DNA of 64,000 nt, taken from the NCBI RefSeq assembly GCF_964194155.1, contig NC_135890.1, positions 84,010,001 to 84,074,000 on the forward strand, written 5' to 3'. The notes under the pieces were generated by a model that saw nothing but the letters and a program-made list of their open reading frames with translations, did no database searches and was not told the origin of the DNA. This document shows, one piece after another, positions 53,285 through 64,000 of the stretch. The stretch comes from Cetorhinus maximus. Taxonomy: Eukaryota. Each line of letters starts with the position of its first letter. Positions within the stretch are counted from its first letter, which is position 1. The position numbers and the translations under genes were made by a program.

Positions 53285-53488
53285 GACAGTGAGCATGGCG
53301 CAGGCTTAGGTAGTAAAGTAGATAGCCTGGGAAGTAATCAGTCCATTCCTAGTATGTCGATCAGCACAGGCAGCCAGAATAGCAGTGTTAACAGTCTGCA
53401 TGAAGTCTTTGATGATAGCTCAGAGATCGCCATGATGCATGATGGTGATAACACCTTGCAGTCTAATGTCTCCGTCATCCACAGAAAG
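53285..53488 (+). CDS. TAOK3: TAO kinase 3 coding exon (204 bp; serine-rich region DSEHG...SVIHRK)
   Basis: cttgcag acceptor, gtaggt donor, phase 0/0; [19 protein letters not shown] motif; within ORF 53225..53554. Confidence 0.96.
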
Positions 53489-56400
53489 GTAGGTTTGCAG
53501 TTTTGTGTCTGGAAATGTTGCCACTCTGAAGTGCTCTGCAAATGTGTAGAATAAAGTTGTTAAATCTTTACCAGAAACATCAAGAAGTCAAGCTTCATGG
53601 AAACCTAGAATACATTTATTCTAAACTTCATATAAATAACTTCAGATCAACAGAACACAATCACCCATTTTGTTTTTTGTAAACTCATAGGGATGAAATT
53701 CCATAGTGGGGCTTAGCCCAATTGTCCACTAAAAGTTCAGTGTAAGAGCCATAGAACCCCAGGCTGGTGGGCAAATGGGAGAAACCCTGCAGAGAGTCAC
53801 CCCGGTTGTGGTCTACAGATCTGAGGCTAGGGTTTCCACTCCAGTGTGTTGGTTTTTTTGGCATTGTTTGCCCAAAATCTGAGTAACATTCTAAGGATTT
53901 GAAGTCCAAATTAACATCAGCACTGATCAAGTTTCTGTAATCTTTTGCACTGGTTTTAAAAAAAAAACATATGGGACCAATAACTCGCCACACCCTCAGG
54001 ATGAATTAATCTCCATTAAGAGTTTGCATTAATTTCACTCATTTGTGGACTTTCCAGGCAATTCATTTTTAACTAAGCTGGTTCTTGAATACGTGGACAT
54101 AGGTATGCTTTAAAAGCTTTTGAATGTAAAATATTACAAAGAAGCTGTCTACTGTACTCCAATATAACTAGCACATCAGTCTGTGTATTTAAGTCATTTT
54201 CAATTTAAAACCTGGTTACTCACAAGATTGGCACTATGATTGTAAATGCTTTTTTATGGCTAATTCATTTTCGGCTGAACTATCAAACCACTCGTAAAAT
54301 TTATCAGTTTTTAAATTACATTTTTAAACATTGCATGATTGTGCTGTTTGCATAGCACCAAACACTCACTTTGCCAATGAATTTGTGTGGGAAAATCAAG
54401 AAGAAAGCACTTCTCAAAGCGGACACAAATTTCACCTGGATTGCTGATTGCACCCAGTGTGTAAACTCTACCCACCGATTTGAGAATGATGCATACCATT
54501 TGTTTTTTAAAAATTGTTTATTTGAGATGTGTATAATTAATTGGTTTCAGATTTTAACGGGTTAACTTGAGCTTTTCCTATGCAGTTTATTACGCAGTTA
54601 ACTTCATTCAAATTACTGCTTTGTAATTAGTCCAATCAACAAAAGGTTACAGCAAAGCTAAAAATATGCAAAGGGTGGTGGACACTGTTGAAGAATTAAG
54701 TGAAGTTAGTGAAATGATAACTTTGACCCTTCTGATGAAATGCCTTTCTAAACTAAAAATGAACTACTGATACCTAAATCTATGTAGTTATATGTAAAAG
54801 TATTTTTGGTTATCAATGTACAATACAATTGGAATTCCAAAGGATCTTGATGGAGCCAATCTCTCTCTCGCCCCAGCCTTTCTTTCTCGAGCAATTCTAT
54901 CTCTCTGACTCTGCACTTCCCTCCTGGGTCTCTGTCTTGCTCCCCCTCCTCCTCCTGTCATGTCTCTTCCTCATGCTATTCCCACCGTGTCTCTCACTCT
55001 GATCAGTCTTTCTTGCACTCCTGTCTCCGCTTTACCCCATGACCCATGGGTCTCCCTTTCTCACACTTCCCCTTCCCCTCCTTAAGTGCTATATTATTAC
55101 GATTTTTAAAAGTTAAGGTTTCATGTTTTAAGTAGTAATTACTTTATTATTGATTCAATGAGTTGCATTAAAAGGAGAGCAGATATAAGCATATTGACTC
55201 CTTTCATTTGTTTGCACTGCTGTCTTGAATTTGCAACGTATGGAACAAGGGAGTTAGGGAAAGTTATGATAAAAAGTTTGGCTAATTGTCCAGTCTGGTT
55301 AGCTTTGAAATATGCATGTTGCCTTAACCTACAAATATGACTTTCTTTGAAACAGTCAACTTGCAACACCCCAAAAAATATTGAGAAAATCTATTTCCTT
55401 GGTGCTATGCCAAACTGGTCATACTAATTGAAGGTATTCTTCTACTAGATTTATCACAAGTATTGAATTTTAATGGATTCTAACTTTTCCCATGGGGTTA
55501 TTCATTTATGGTATTCCCATGTTAAAGTGGCAACAATACATTTATCAATATTACTGATTGCAGGAAATATAAATCTTAAAATTATTAAAACCAAATTTAA
55601 CATTAAAACTCCTCATTAGACATTAATCCTATCTAGTATAAAGTATATCATTTTCGTATAAAGTATATCATTTTCTCCCTCAATACTTCCAGTAGTTGGA
55701 ATTATGGAATTCAGTTCTCTGAATTCTGTTTTGTGAAGCTATTCTAAATCTGTTGTGAAAAATAGAGTTGCATGGTTACTTCCATTTCCATGCATCCAAA
55801 ATACAAATCGAAGTTTGGAGCAACTGTTTTTCTTGTTATTTAAGGAAGTGGCTCATGCGGCGAGTTCTTCAATTTTTAAATTTGCCACAATTTTACTTAC
55901 AATGATTGTAATTTTGGGGTTTTGTTCAGAACTTAATTTAAAGCATGATCGCAAAGGTAGATCTGGAGTTGCAGTACATGGGCTGTGAAATGCTACTTTG
56001 CATCTATCTGGAGTTACCTGTGTAGGTGCAGAATGACGGTGAGAGCATCCATCCAATTCCAGCAAATTTGCTGATTAAGAGTGCCATTGGCAGGGATAAG
56101 TGTTGGGTGGGTTGGGGACTCCTTAAATCAGGAAAAATCAATAAGCTCCAAGAGTGTGGTTGATAATAAGTTTTGAGCCACATCCAATAACATGTGTTCA
56201 ATATTTCAATTTTATACAATAATTAAAAATTGAATTGTTTTTAAAGTTTTGTAGTTAAAATACATGGTCATAAATGACGTGTAATACTGCATGAAGATTT
56301 CAACCTAATTGTGGCGTTTGTCATCTTGAGTTTCTTAAAATTCAGTATAGTGAACATTTAAACAAACTTTTTGTATATCAAGTTCCCATTGTCAGCTTTG

Positions 56401-57088
56401 GCAACTATTTTCTCTATCAGAAAGCTTGTACTGCAAAAACATTTTTGCTGATGCTTATTAAACTTGTTTCTAGTTCTTTTATTTGCTTTTCTTATGGATC
56501 CAGTCAGTTGAATTAAGTATTTCAAGGAGAATTGTAATAATGGTGACAAGGTGCATCGAATCTATAATATTCCTTATCATTAAGGACTCGAAGGTACTTG
56601 CCTACATGCAATTTAAAATCAAAAACCAGTAGTTTGAAAATAATTACACCAAAAGCACTGATATTATTTTATAATTGCTTTGTGATAACAGAATTTGTGT
56701 GCATACTGAAGCAGATAACAAATGTATAATTTGTCATCCATTTCTTATGTTGCCAGTTTTATGTTGATTTAAATGTCAAAACATTAAATAAATATTAATA
56801 ATATCAATTTATATACACATTTTGCTCAAATAATCAAATAAGCTTTAGTGTTGCAAAATATTTTTGCTGCTGAAGGTCTGCCAGAGATTCAAGAAGCATC
56901 CCACTACTGATCAGCTGACTCCTCTCCTGCAATGTGTTGGTTATTCATCTCACTGTTCAGCTGCAGTGACTGGTACAGCTAACTATGCATTTCATACAGT
57001 GCTTGCAAAAGAAGCAGAGGTAATAGACAGATATCCAGCAGGGAAAGCACACAGTTTGACGTTATATTGTTTTATCCCATTTCAGCAG

Positions 57089-57223
57089 GATCATGTATTC
57101 ATAAGGGATGAAGCAGGCCAGAAAGACATCAGGCCTGATCTGCGGCCTACACCATCTCTCCATAGTCAGGCCTCTCTCCTTAAGAACCGAGAGCATTTTG
57201 CTACAATCAGAACAGCATCTCTG
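57089..57223 (+). CDS. TAOK3: TAO kinase 3 coding exon (135 bp; DHVFIRDEAG...NREHFATIRTASL); alternative start 57086
   Basis: CAGCAG tandem acceptor, gtaagt donor; DHVFIRDEAG is characteristic of TAOK3 rather than TAOK1 or TAOK2. Confidence 0.95.
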
Positions 57224-57917
57224 GTAAGTAATGTAAAACGAAGGATTTTTTTTCCTCCAGTGACCATTTAGGCTAGTTAATCGCATTTAAATTTTTTTGA
57301 GTCAAGGCATGATTTCTTCTTTCACTAATTGTAAGGCAGATTTTATTCATATAATAAAAGGTCTGAGAGGTTTTTGTCTTTATTTAAATGTTTTGAAATG
57401 CTTAAATGAATGTAGCCGAGTCTCAGATTTAAGATGTACTAAATGTTTAGAGGATTTATGGTTGCAGAGACTTAATGTAATCTCTAATAGGTAATCTGTT
57501 GAAGCAGTGAGATGGCTGTCTCTAATGTAACAAACGTGAGCCTGAAAGAGAGTATACCGCATTTTAATGTATATGCATGTTTTATATATATATGTCCAGG
57601 TTACCATTCAATGTTGAAGGAAGGCCCTGTAATGCTAACTTACAAAACATTTTATTCCAGGTCCTACTTGTGAGCCTTAAGAATGTGAGTGGCTAATGTG
57701 GACTGAATTGCAGTAAAATTGTTTTTTTGCTGAATTAAATATTCAGAGTTGAAAAATATTTCATTTCAAGACATTTTAAGCAAAGGATTTTAGCTTTAAG
57801 TGCACTCTGGTCCTCAAATTGATTTGCGTTCTGTTGTGATTTCTTTTTAAATTAAATTTACAGGTTGGTTGCTCTAGGAGTAGCAGTATGTCAGTTCTGG
57901 AGAAAACCTATTGCTAT

Positions 57918-57950
57918 GTATATATATATATAATATATATATATATATAT
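57918..57950. repeat. (TA)n microsatellite, imperfect
   Basis: Directly visible. Confidence 0.9.
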
Positions 57951-60092
57951 TAAAAAAACATGTTTTAAATAGCAATTTGAGGCTGTAGGTATAGGTGAAA
58001 AGTATAGCCCAATCAGTGTATTGTTTTAATGCTTGTGTTTGTATATATCATGATACATCTGGTTTCATATTCTGATTTTTGTTTCAGGTGGAAGTTTTAA
58101 AACTTCACTTGTTTCAGACATACATATTGCATCTTCTATTAGTCACTACTGTTGGGAGCATTTCATGTGATTGTGATTTTGAATATGCTGGTGCATTAAG
58201 GAAATGGTGTGTGCAGAAGTGTTCGATTTCAGTTTAATTGTTAGTAGTTCCAGCAGGGGCTTGTGAAATTTGTAGTCTGAGCACTTGAGTCACCTCAGTC
58301 CCGGTAGCTGAAGTCTTCCACAGTAGATTTACGAATGACTGAAAATATATTGCCGCTCTTTAAAAATCTAGCTTTCTTGTGGGGGAAGCACTTTGGGAAA
58401 GATGGATTTTCCTTTTTAGTGCTGAATGTCAAAGTTCAGTGCAGCAGAAACCCTTTTTACAGAATTAGACTTCTCACAATGTTTTGCTTGTTAAAATCAA
58501 TGAATGAAATAATATGAACAGCTTATGTTCTAATTTTGCAGTGAGGGATTCTGCCTCAATGAGCTTTTACAAACATGGTGGTGTAGAGGAAAATCTTTCC
58601 CTTTTTATGCTGGGAAATTTTAGCTTCACCCATTTTATCCACCTATTTTAAAACAGTTTGTTTTTTCAATACAACTATACTGTTTTCACCTCTTCATCAA
58701 GATATTCATGCTGTATACTATTGACTTTTAAGAAATTAGGTGTACCCATCATTCTTGTCTTGTCAACTTGTCTCTTTTATATTTGCTTTTCTACTAGTTG
58801 GGTTGGCTTGAGTAATTATGTTAATAAATGTTAATAGTTTCAAATTCAAAATGGGAAACCCTTGTGTCCAGCAGACCTAACCATATTGGCTAGCTGTATG
58901 CATGAAGACAGAATTAGCTCTGTCACACAACTATTGACCCATTTTTTTCCTAACTGTGCTGTTTCAAGTATTGCATTGTATATTTCCATATAGGATACAG
59001 ATTAGAGCAAGAAAAACAACTAAATACATTAAGGTTTTGCTCTGATATTGGTCTATATTTTTAGTTTCACTTTAACTTCCTCTACATTCACTGCTTGTAC
59101 CTTCCCTCTGTTATATTTCCTCAGAATATATTAAATCTCAAAATGTTATAGCCCGAGATTTTTGCAATTTGCTAGTCTTTCACACTTTGCATTGTTCCAA
59201 AATTGTGAATCAGAACTACTCCAGGACTAGAAATTTTATACAAATTTTACTTGGAGATTTAGGGTGGGTAAAATAAAGCTGATGACAGTCTGGCTGTTGA
59301 GTTCTGCCAAGACTGTTGTTGCAACTGTTCTTATTAATCCGCTGATGATTATTCCTGAAAGATGGGGACAGACGACTTCCAGTTTTTCATATTCACATTT
59401 GATACTCAGTTGTTCACTTGCCATTAGTCTAGTTGAGAGCTAGTTAAAATACATCATTGAGGGAAATACAATTTGATTATCCATCCAGAATAATTTGAAC
59501 TGCATTACTTTGAGCAGGTGTAACATGTTTAAAATGGGAATATTTCTTAAAACTCAGCCTGTTAAAATCACTTGTCGATCTTTTCTCACCTTTTTTAAGT
59601 TTTGGATTGTTGTTTCCCGTCTCCCTGCTTACCTAATCTTATCCTTATGAACATAATGAGAATGGAAGGATACAATTTACATGCAGCATTTTTTGGTAGA
59701 ATAATTCAACTGACTTGTAAGCACCCTAGTGAACATTGTATGCCTATTTTTAAGCAAATATAATATTCATTATATAACAGTGGGCTGGATTTTATGCTGG
59801 GCATGTTTTGGGCAGGATGGGGACATAAAATATGAGGGGTGGCTAGCCTACCAACTCCGAGCTGTCCTGAATAGGTCAGGGGGTTGTGGGGGGTGTAGTG
59901 GTGGTGTTATGCGGATGGGCAGCCTGCCTGCCATATGTAAATAAATAATTAGGGGTCAGTTAAGCTTGTTTACAAGCTAATTGACTGCAATATTACACTG
60001 CCCACCCCATAACATAACTAGTTTAGGCAAGCAGGCAGGAGTGGGCAGTCCGTTCTTCAAAAAACCTTTCCTTTAAAAGGTAGGAAGGAAGG

Positions 60093-60695
60093 GGAGTGAG
60101 GTGAAACTGACTGGCCTTGACATCAAAGCAGCATTTGAGTATGGCATCAGGGAGCCCTAGCAAAACTGGAGTCAGTGAGAATCGGGGAGAAAACTCTGCT
60201 GGTTGGAGCCATGTGCAACACAAAGGAAGATGGCTGTGGTTGTTGGAGGTCAATCATTTCAATCCTCAGGGTAGTGTCCTAGGCCCAATCACCTTCAGCT
60301 GCTTCATCAATTACCTTCCTTTCTTCATAAGGTCAGAAGTGGGGATGTTCGCTGATGATTGCACAATGTTCAGCACCATTTGCGACTCCTCAGATACTGA
60401 AGCAGTCCATGTCCAAATGCAGCAAGACCTGGACAATAACCAGGCTTGGGCTGACAAGTGGTAAGTAACATTCGTGCCACACAAGTGCTGGGCAATGACC
60501 ATCTCCAACAAGAGAAAATCTAACCATTGCTCCTTGGACATTCAATGGCATTACCATCGCTGAATCCCCACTATCAACCTGGGGGTTACTATTGACCAGA
60601 AACTGAACTGGATTAGCCATAATATATACTGTGACTACAAGAGCAGGTCAGAGGCTAAGAATCCTGCAGTGAGTAACTCACCACCTGACTCCCCA
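60093..60695 (+). mobile_element. HER1-type LINE RT fragment
   Basis: PQGSVLGPITFSCFINYLPFFIRSEVGMFADDCTMF...QAWADKW in ORF 60117..60464. Confidence 0.9.
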
Positions 60696-61160
60696 AATTT
60701 GGTGGTCCTCCTACAAGATGGTACCTCCTTCCTTCCTCCCACTCTGCACTACAAAACTCGCACTCCCTTCCCTGTGCGCTCTTCCATAAAGTACCCAATC
60801 CCTGCCCACCCAATGCCTCTGACTTACCTGAGTCTGAGATATATTGGGGTTTTCATCATGGACCTGCCTGTAGCCCTGGCACCGCCCACTACTGAGCTCT
60901 GACGTTGCTGGGACAAGAGCTGCCAGCCTATCAGGCCCACACTTTCCTTGTTGCCACCCGCATTATGTTATTGCTGTGCGACAGACATTTTCCTCAAGGT
61001 TGGTTTCCGACTGACTTTCTAGTTAAGGGGCTGGGGGCGAACAGTATGTTTCCCTCCCCAGCCCTGTGACTGCGCTTTAAAAATGATTTATTTTCCTACT
61101 ATTTTTCTGAATTCACGTACCATACGGTGCACAAAAAGGAAAATAGAAAAATGAGCAAAC

Positions 61161-61812
61161 TTTTTTTGTTCCTTCAAGTGATGTAGGCGCCACTGGCAAG
61201 GCCAGCATTTTTTGCCCATCCTTAATTGCCCTTGAGAGGGTGATGGCGAGCTGCTGCCTTGAACTGCTGCAGTTGATGTGGTGTAGGTACACCCACAGTG
61301 CTGTTAGGAAGGGAGTTTCAAGATAGTGAAGGAACAACGGTGTAGTTCCAAGTCAGGATGGTGTATGGCTTGGAGAGGAACTTGCTATTGGTAGTGTTCC
61401 CATGCTTCTGCTGTTCTTGTCCTAGGTGGTAGAAGTTGCATTCTAGCACATGGAAGGTGCCAAAGATATGTTGGTGAGTTGCTGCAGTGCATCTTGTAGA
61501 TGGTACACACTGCTGCCACAATGCGTTCGTTGGTGGTGGAGGGAGTGAATGAATGTTTGTGGATAGGGTGCCAATCAAGCGGGCTGCTTTGTCCTGGATG
61601 GTGTTGAGCTTCTTGAGTGTTGTTGGAGCTTCACTCATCCAGGCAATTGGAGCGTATTCCATCACACACCTGACTTGTGCCTTGCAGATGGTGGACAGGC
61701 TTTGGGGAGTCAGGAGGTGAGTTACTGAAGGATTCCTAGTCTCTGACCTGTTCTTGTAGCCACAGTATTTATATGGCTAGTCCAGTTCAATTTCTAGTCA
61801 ATGGTAACCACC
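61161..61812 (-). mobile_element. HER1-type LINE 3' end
   Basis: MMEYAPIAWMSEAPTTLKKLNTIQDKAARLIG; collinear with 607-1095 plus 1880-2045. Confidence 0.9.
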
Positions 61813-61937
61813 AAGAACTTAGTTATTTTAATGTCAGATTAGTATGCAAGACGCATAAGCTCACCATATGTTGTAATACGAATATACCCATATAGAGATA
61901 AATAAAGCTGAATATAGTATTGTGACAAAACTGGGGG

Positions 61938-61956
61938 TTGGCGCCACCTTGTGGTT
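61938..61956 (-). promoter_or_regulatory. Candidate CTCF motif
   Basis: Minus strand aaCCACAAGGTGGCGCCaa fits the CTCF core consensus; motif match only. Confidence 0.4.
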
Positions 61957-62229
61957 GAATGCATTTAACTTGAAATTAAGCAAGTTGGACCAGTAGAATT
62001 CTTTGTAATTGGTATCTTCCACATTGTAGAGTTGAGCTGATTGACTTAAGTATTCAGGGGGAACCATGTCATGGTTGCCACACCATTGTCATGTTTTTGA
62101 CATTCGAATATGGTGATGTCAGAAAGCCTCGATGCCTGTGGCAGTCATTTGATCCAGAGTTGCATGAAAGGATGCAGACGTGTGCTAGAATGCAAGTTTG
62201 TTTCCCCATAGTTTGAAACTAACTTCTGC

Positions 62230-62343
62230 GCTTCCAATTCAGCAGTTTGAGAAGGCAGCTCACCTCCCCAAGGGCAGTTATGGATAGGCAATAAATGCTG
62301 GCCTGGCCAGTGACGCCCATATCCCATGAACAAAATTTTAAAA
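62230..62343 (+). mobile_element. HE1/HER1 3' tail fragment
   Basis: aagggcagttatggataggcaataaatgctggcctggccagtgacgcccatatcccatgaa. Confidence 0.8.
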
Positions 62344-63847
62344 TTGTCCTTGGGATTTGAATCAGGTGAGAATATTACCACTGAACCAAGATGGGTAAGT
62401 AATTCTGGAGGAATAAACATTAATGCATGGAGGCATATATGTTTGAGTCCTAGTTGCTGTTTTACACTTGGTGGTACCTCCCCTTGTGCAATGTTACCCA
62501 GTTTATGTAGATATAAAAATCACTGTGGCAGGCAATTTTTAAATGTCTAATGGCCTAAAGTTAGCAAATTGGAAGGTAAATGTGAGAGCATTGTTTATGT
62601 CATGGGACTATGAGCAACGCTGGCCTGGGACCCAAAATGTAATGCTAGTCTTTTATAGTATTTTGGCTAGAACTTCTATTGAGAAAGTGTGCATGGAATT
62701 TGTTTGTTGTGATCCATAGCCTCTTTTTAAACTTGTATAGATATTACTCTTAAAATTGGAAATGTGACCTCCAGTAAGGTATGCAATGTTGTTTAAAAAG
62801 CAGTCCGATTTTCATTTTAAATTAGTGCCCACTTTAGAATAATTTACTACTTGGTAGCACATTACAGGATGGATCCATATGCTTGAAGAGGAAGCTATTA
62901 AACTTTGGCATTTTCAGACTAGATACACCATTGGATCAGTACAGTGGTCACTCCTATAAGCAGGTTTGGCATCCATGAATCCAGAGTATGCATTTATTTG
63001 CCCTGTATCTGATTAAATATGGCAAGATGCTGGAGTTAAGAAAGCGGTTGCTACTGTACTCAAGCTTACTGGTTTTTATATATATCTGATATGTGATCTT
63101 GTCTTGTAAGGTGGAATCTATAGACCAATTGTCAGATTTGTTAAGCATTGAACAGGTAAAAGAACAGTTTTCATTACAAACAGCCCAACTTAAATTACTT
63201 TAAAAAGTTTGTTGTTTGACAATGTGGAGGAGAAAATAATGAAGATTCTTCTATGCTGACCTTTAATGTGATCCTTGAAACAGTCTCTCACTTATTTGGT
63301 CAAAATTATTTCACTCAATCTCTGCTATCTTTAGACTGGCAAATTGAGCACAGGCAGGCAAACATTAGTCCACAATGCGGAACTCTCATTAAGGTATCTA
63401 TATAAGAGGTAACAACAAAAATTGTGCCCCTTCTCAAAGTTGATTTCTACCTGTGCCTCAGATTGACAATCAATCAAACCAAATTCTCCAAAGAACTGCA
63501 ATAATATAGAATAGTTTGAAATGAATGGGTGGCCTTGATCCCTCTATCTTTGCCAAATGCTATGAATGACCTGTTAGATTGGTGCCCATCCATGTTTAAG
63601 TCGTGTATGTCAACGACGTCATGATGTCTCTGGCTTTCACAGTGGTATGGATATTAATCAGACTGTAATGTACATTTTCAACAGTTTGCAGAAACAGCTA
63701 GCAATAATTTTACTTAAACCTGTGTGAATGCCTGCAAGAAAGAATCTATTAAACAAAGTAACCTAACCAAAAATGTTCAATTTTTATGACATACTTTATT
63801 TTTAATAGATGTAATTGGTCATCTCATTATCATATTTTTGATAAAAG

Positions 63848-64000
63848 GTTACAAGACAGATCCATGAGCATGAACAGGAAAACGAATTACGTGAACAGAT
63901 GTCGGGCTACAAGCGGATGCGAAGACAGCACCAGAAGCAGCTGATGGCTTTAGAGAATAAGCTGAAGGCTGAGATGGATGAACATCGTCTTAAGTTGGAG
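63848..64000 (+). CDS. TAOK3: TAO kinase 3 coding exon, truncated by the window end ([51 protein letters not shown])
   Basis: aaaag acceptor, open frame to the window end; TAOK coiled-coil start, with [10 protein letters not shown] being TAOK3-type. Confidence 0.96.

Overview
Eukaryotic, repeat-rich genomic DNA, most likely from an elasmobranch (shark or ray), inferred from an HE1-type SINE, HER1-type LINEs and Deu-domain SINEs. The window lies inside one + strand gene, the STE20-family kinase TAOK3. Twelve coding exons (11155-64000) have GT-AG boundaries and consistent phases. They encode most of the kinase domain, the serine-rich region and the start of the coiled coil. The first coding exon was not found and the 3' part runs past the window end. 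The introns are filled with mostly decayed retroelements: CR1, L2, RTE and HER1-type LINEs, Penelope-like elements, SINEs, a solo LTR, a Gmr1-like LTR retrotransposon and a Tigger-like MITE. Main observations: (1) an intact minimal hammerhead ribozyme antisense to the gene, with a mutated sense-strand twin; (2) a near full-length LINE whose 5' end is the tRNA-derived head of the HE1 SINE; (3) a Gypsy element with PR-IN-RT-RH order and a SCAN-like gag; (4) a candidate HDV-like ribozyme core at an RTE 5' end; (5) a kinase exon acceptor flanked at -15 and +15 nt by AGs that would each create a TGA. Repeat boundaries are approximate and family names come from recognition, not database searches.
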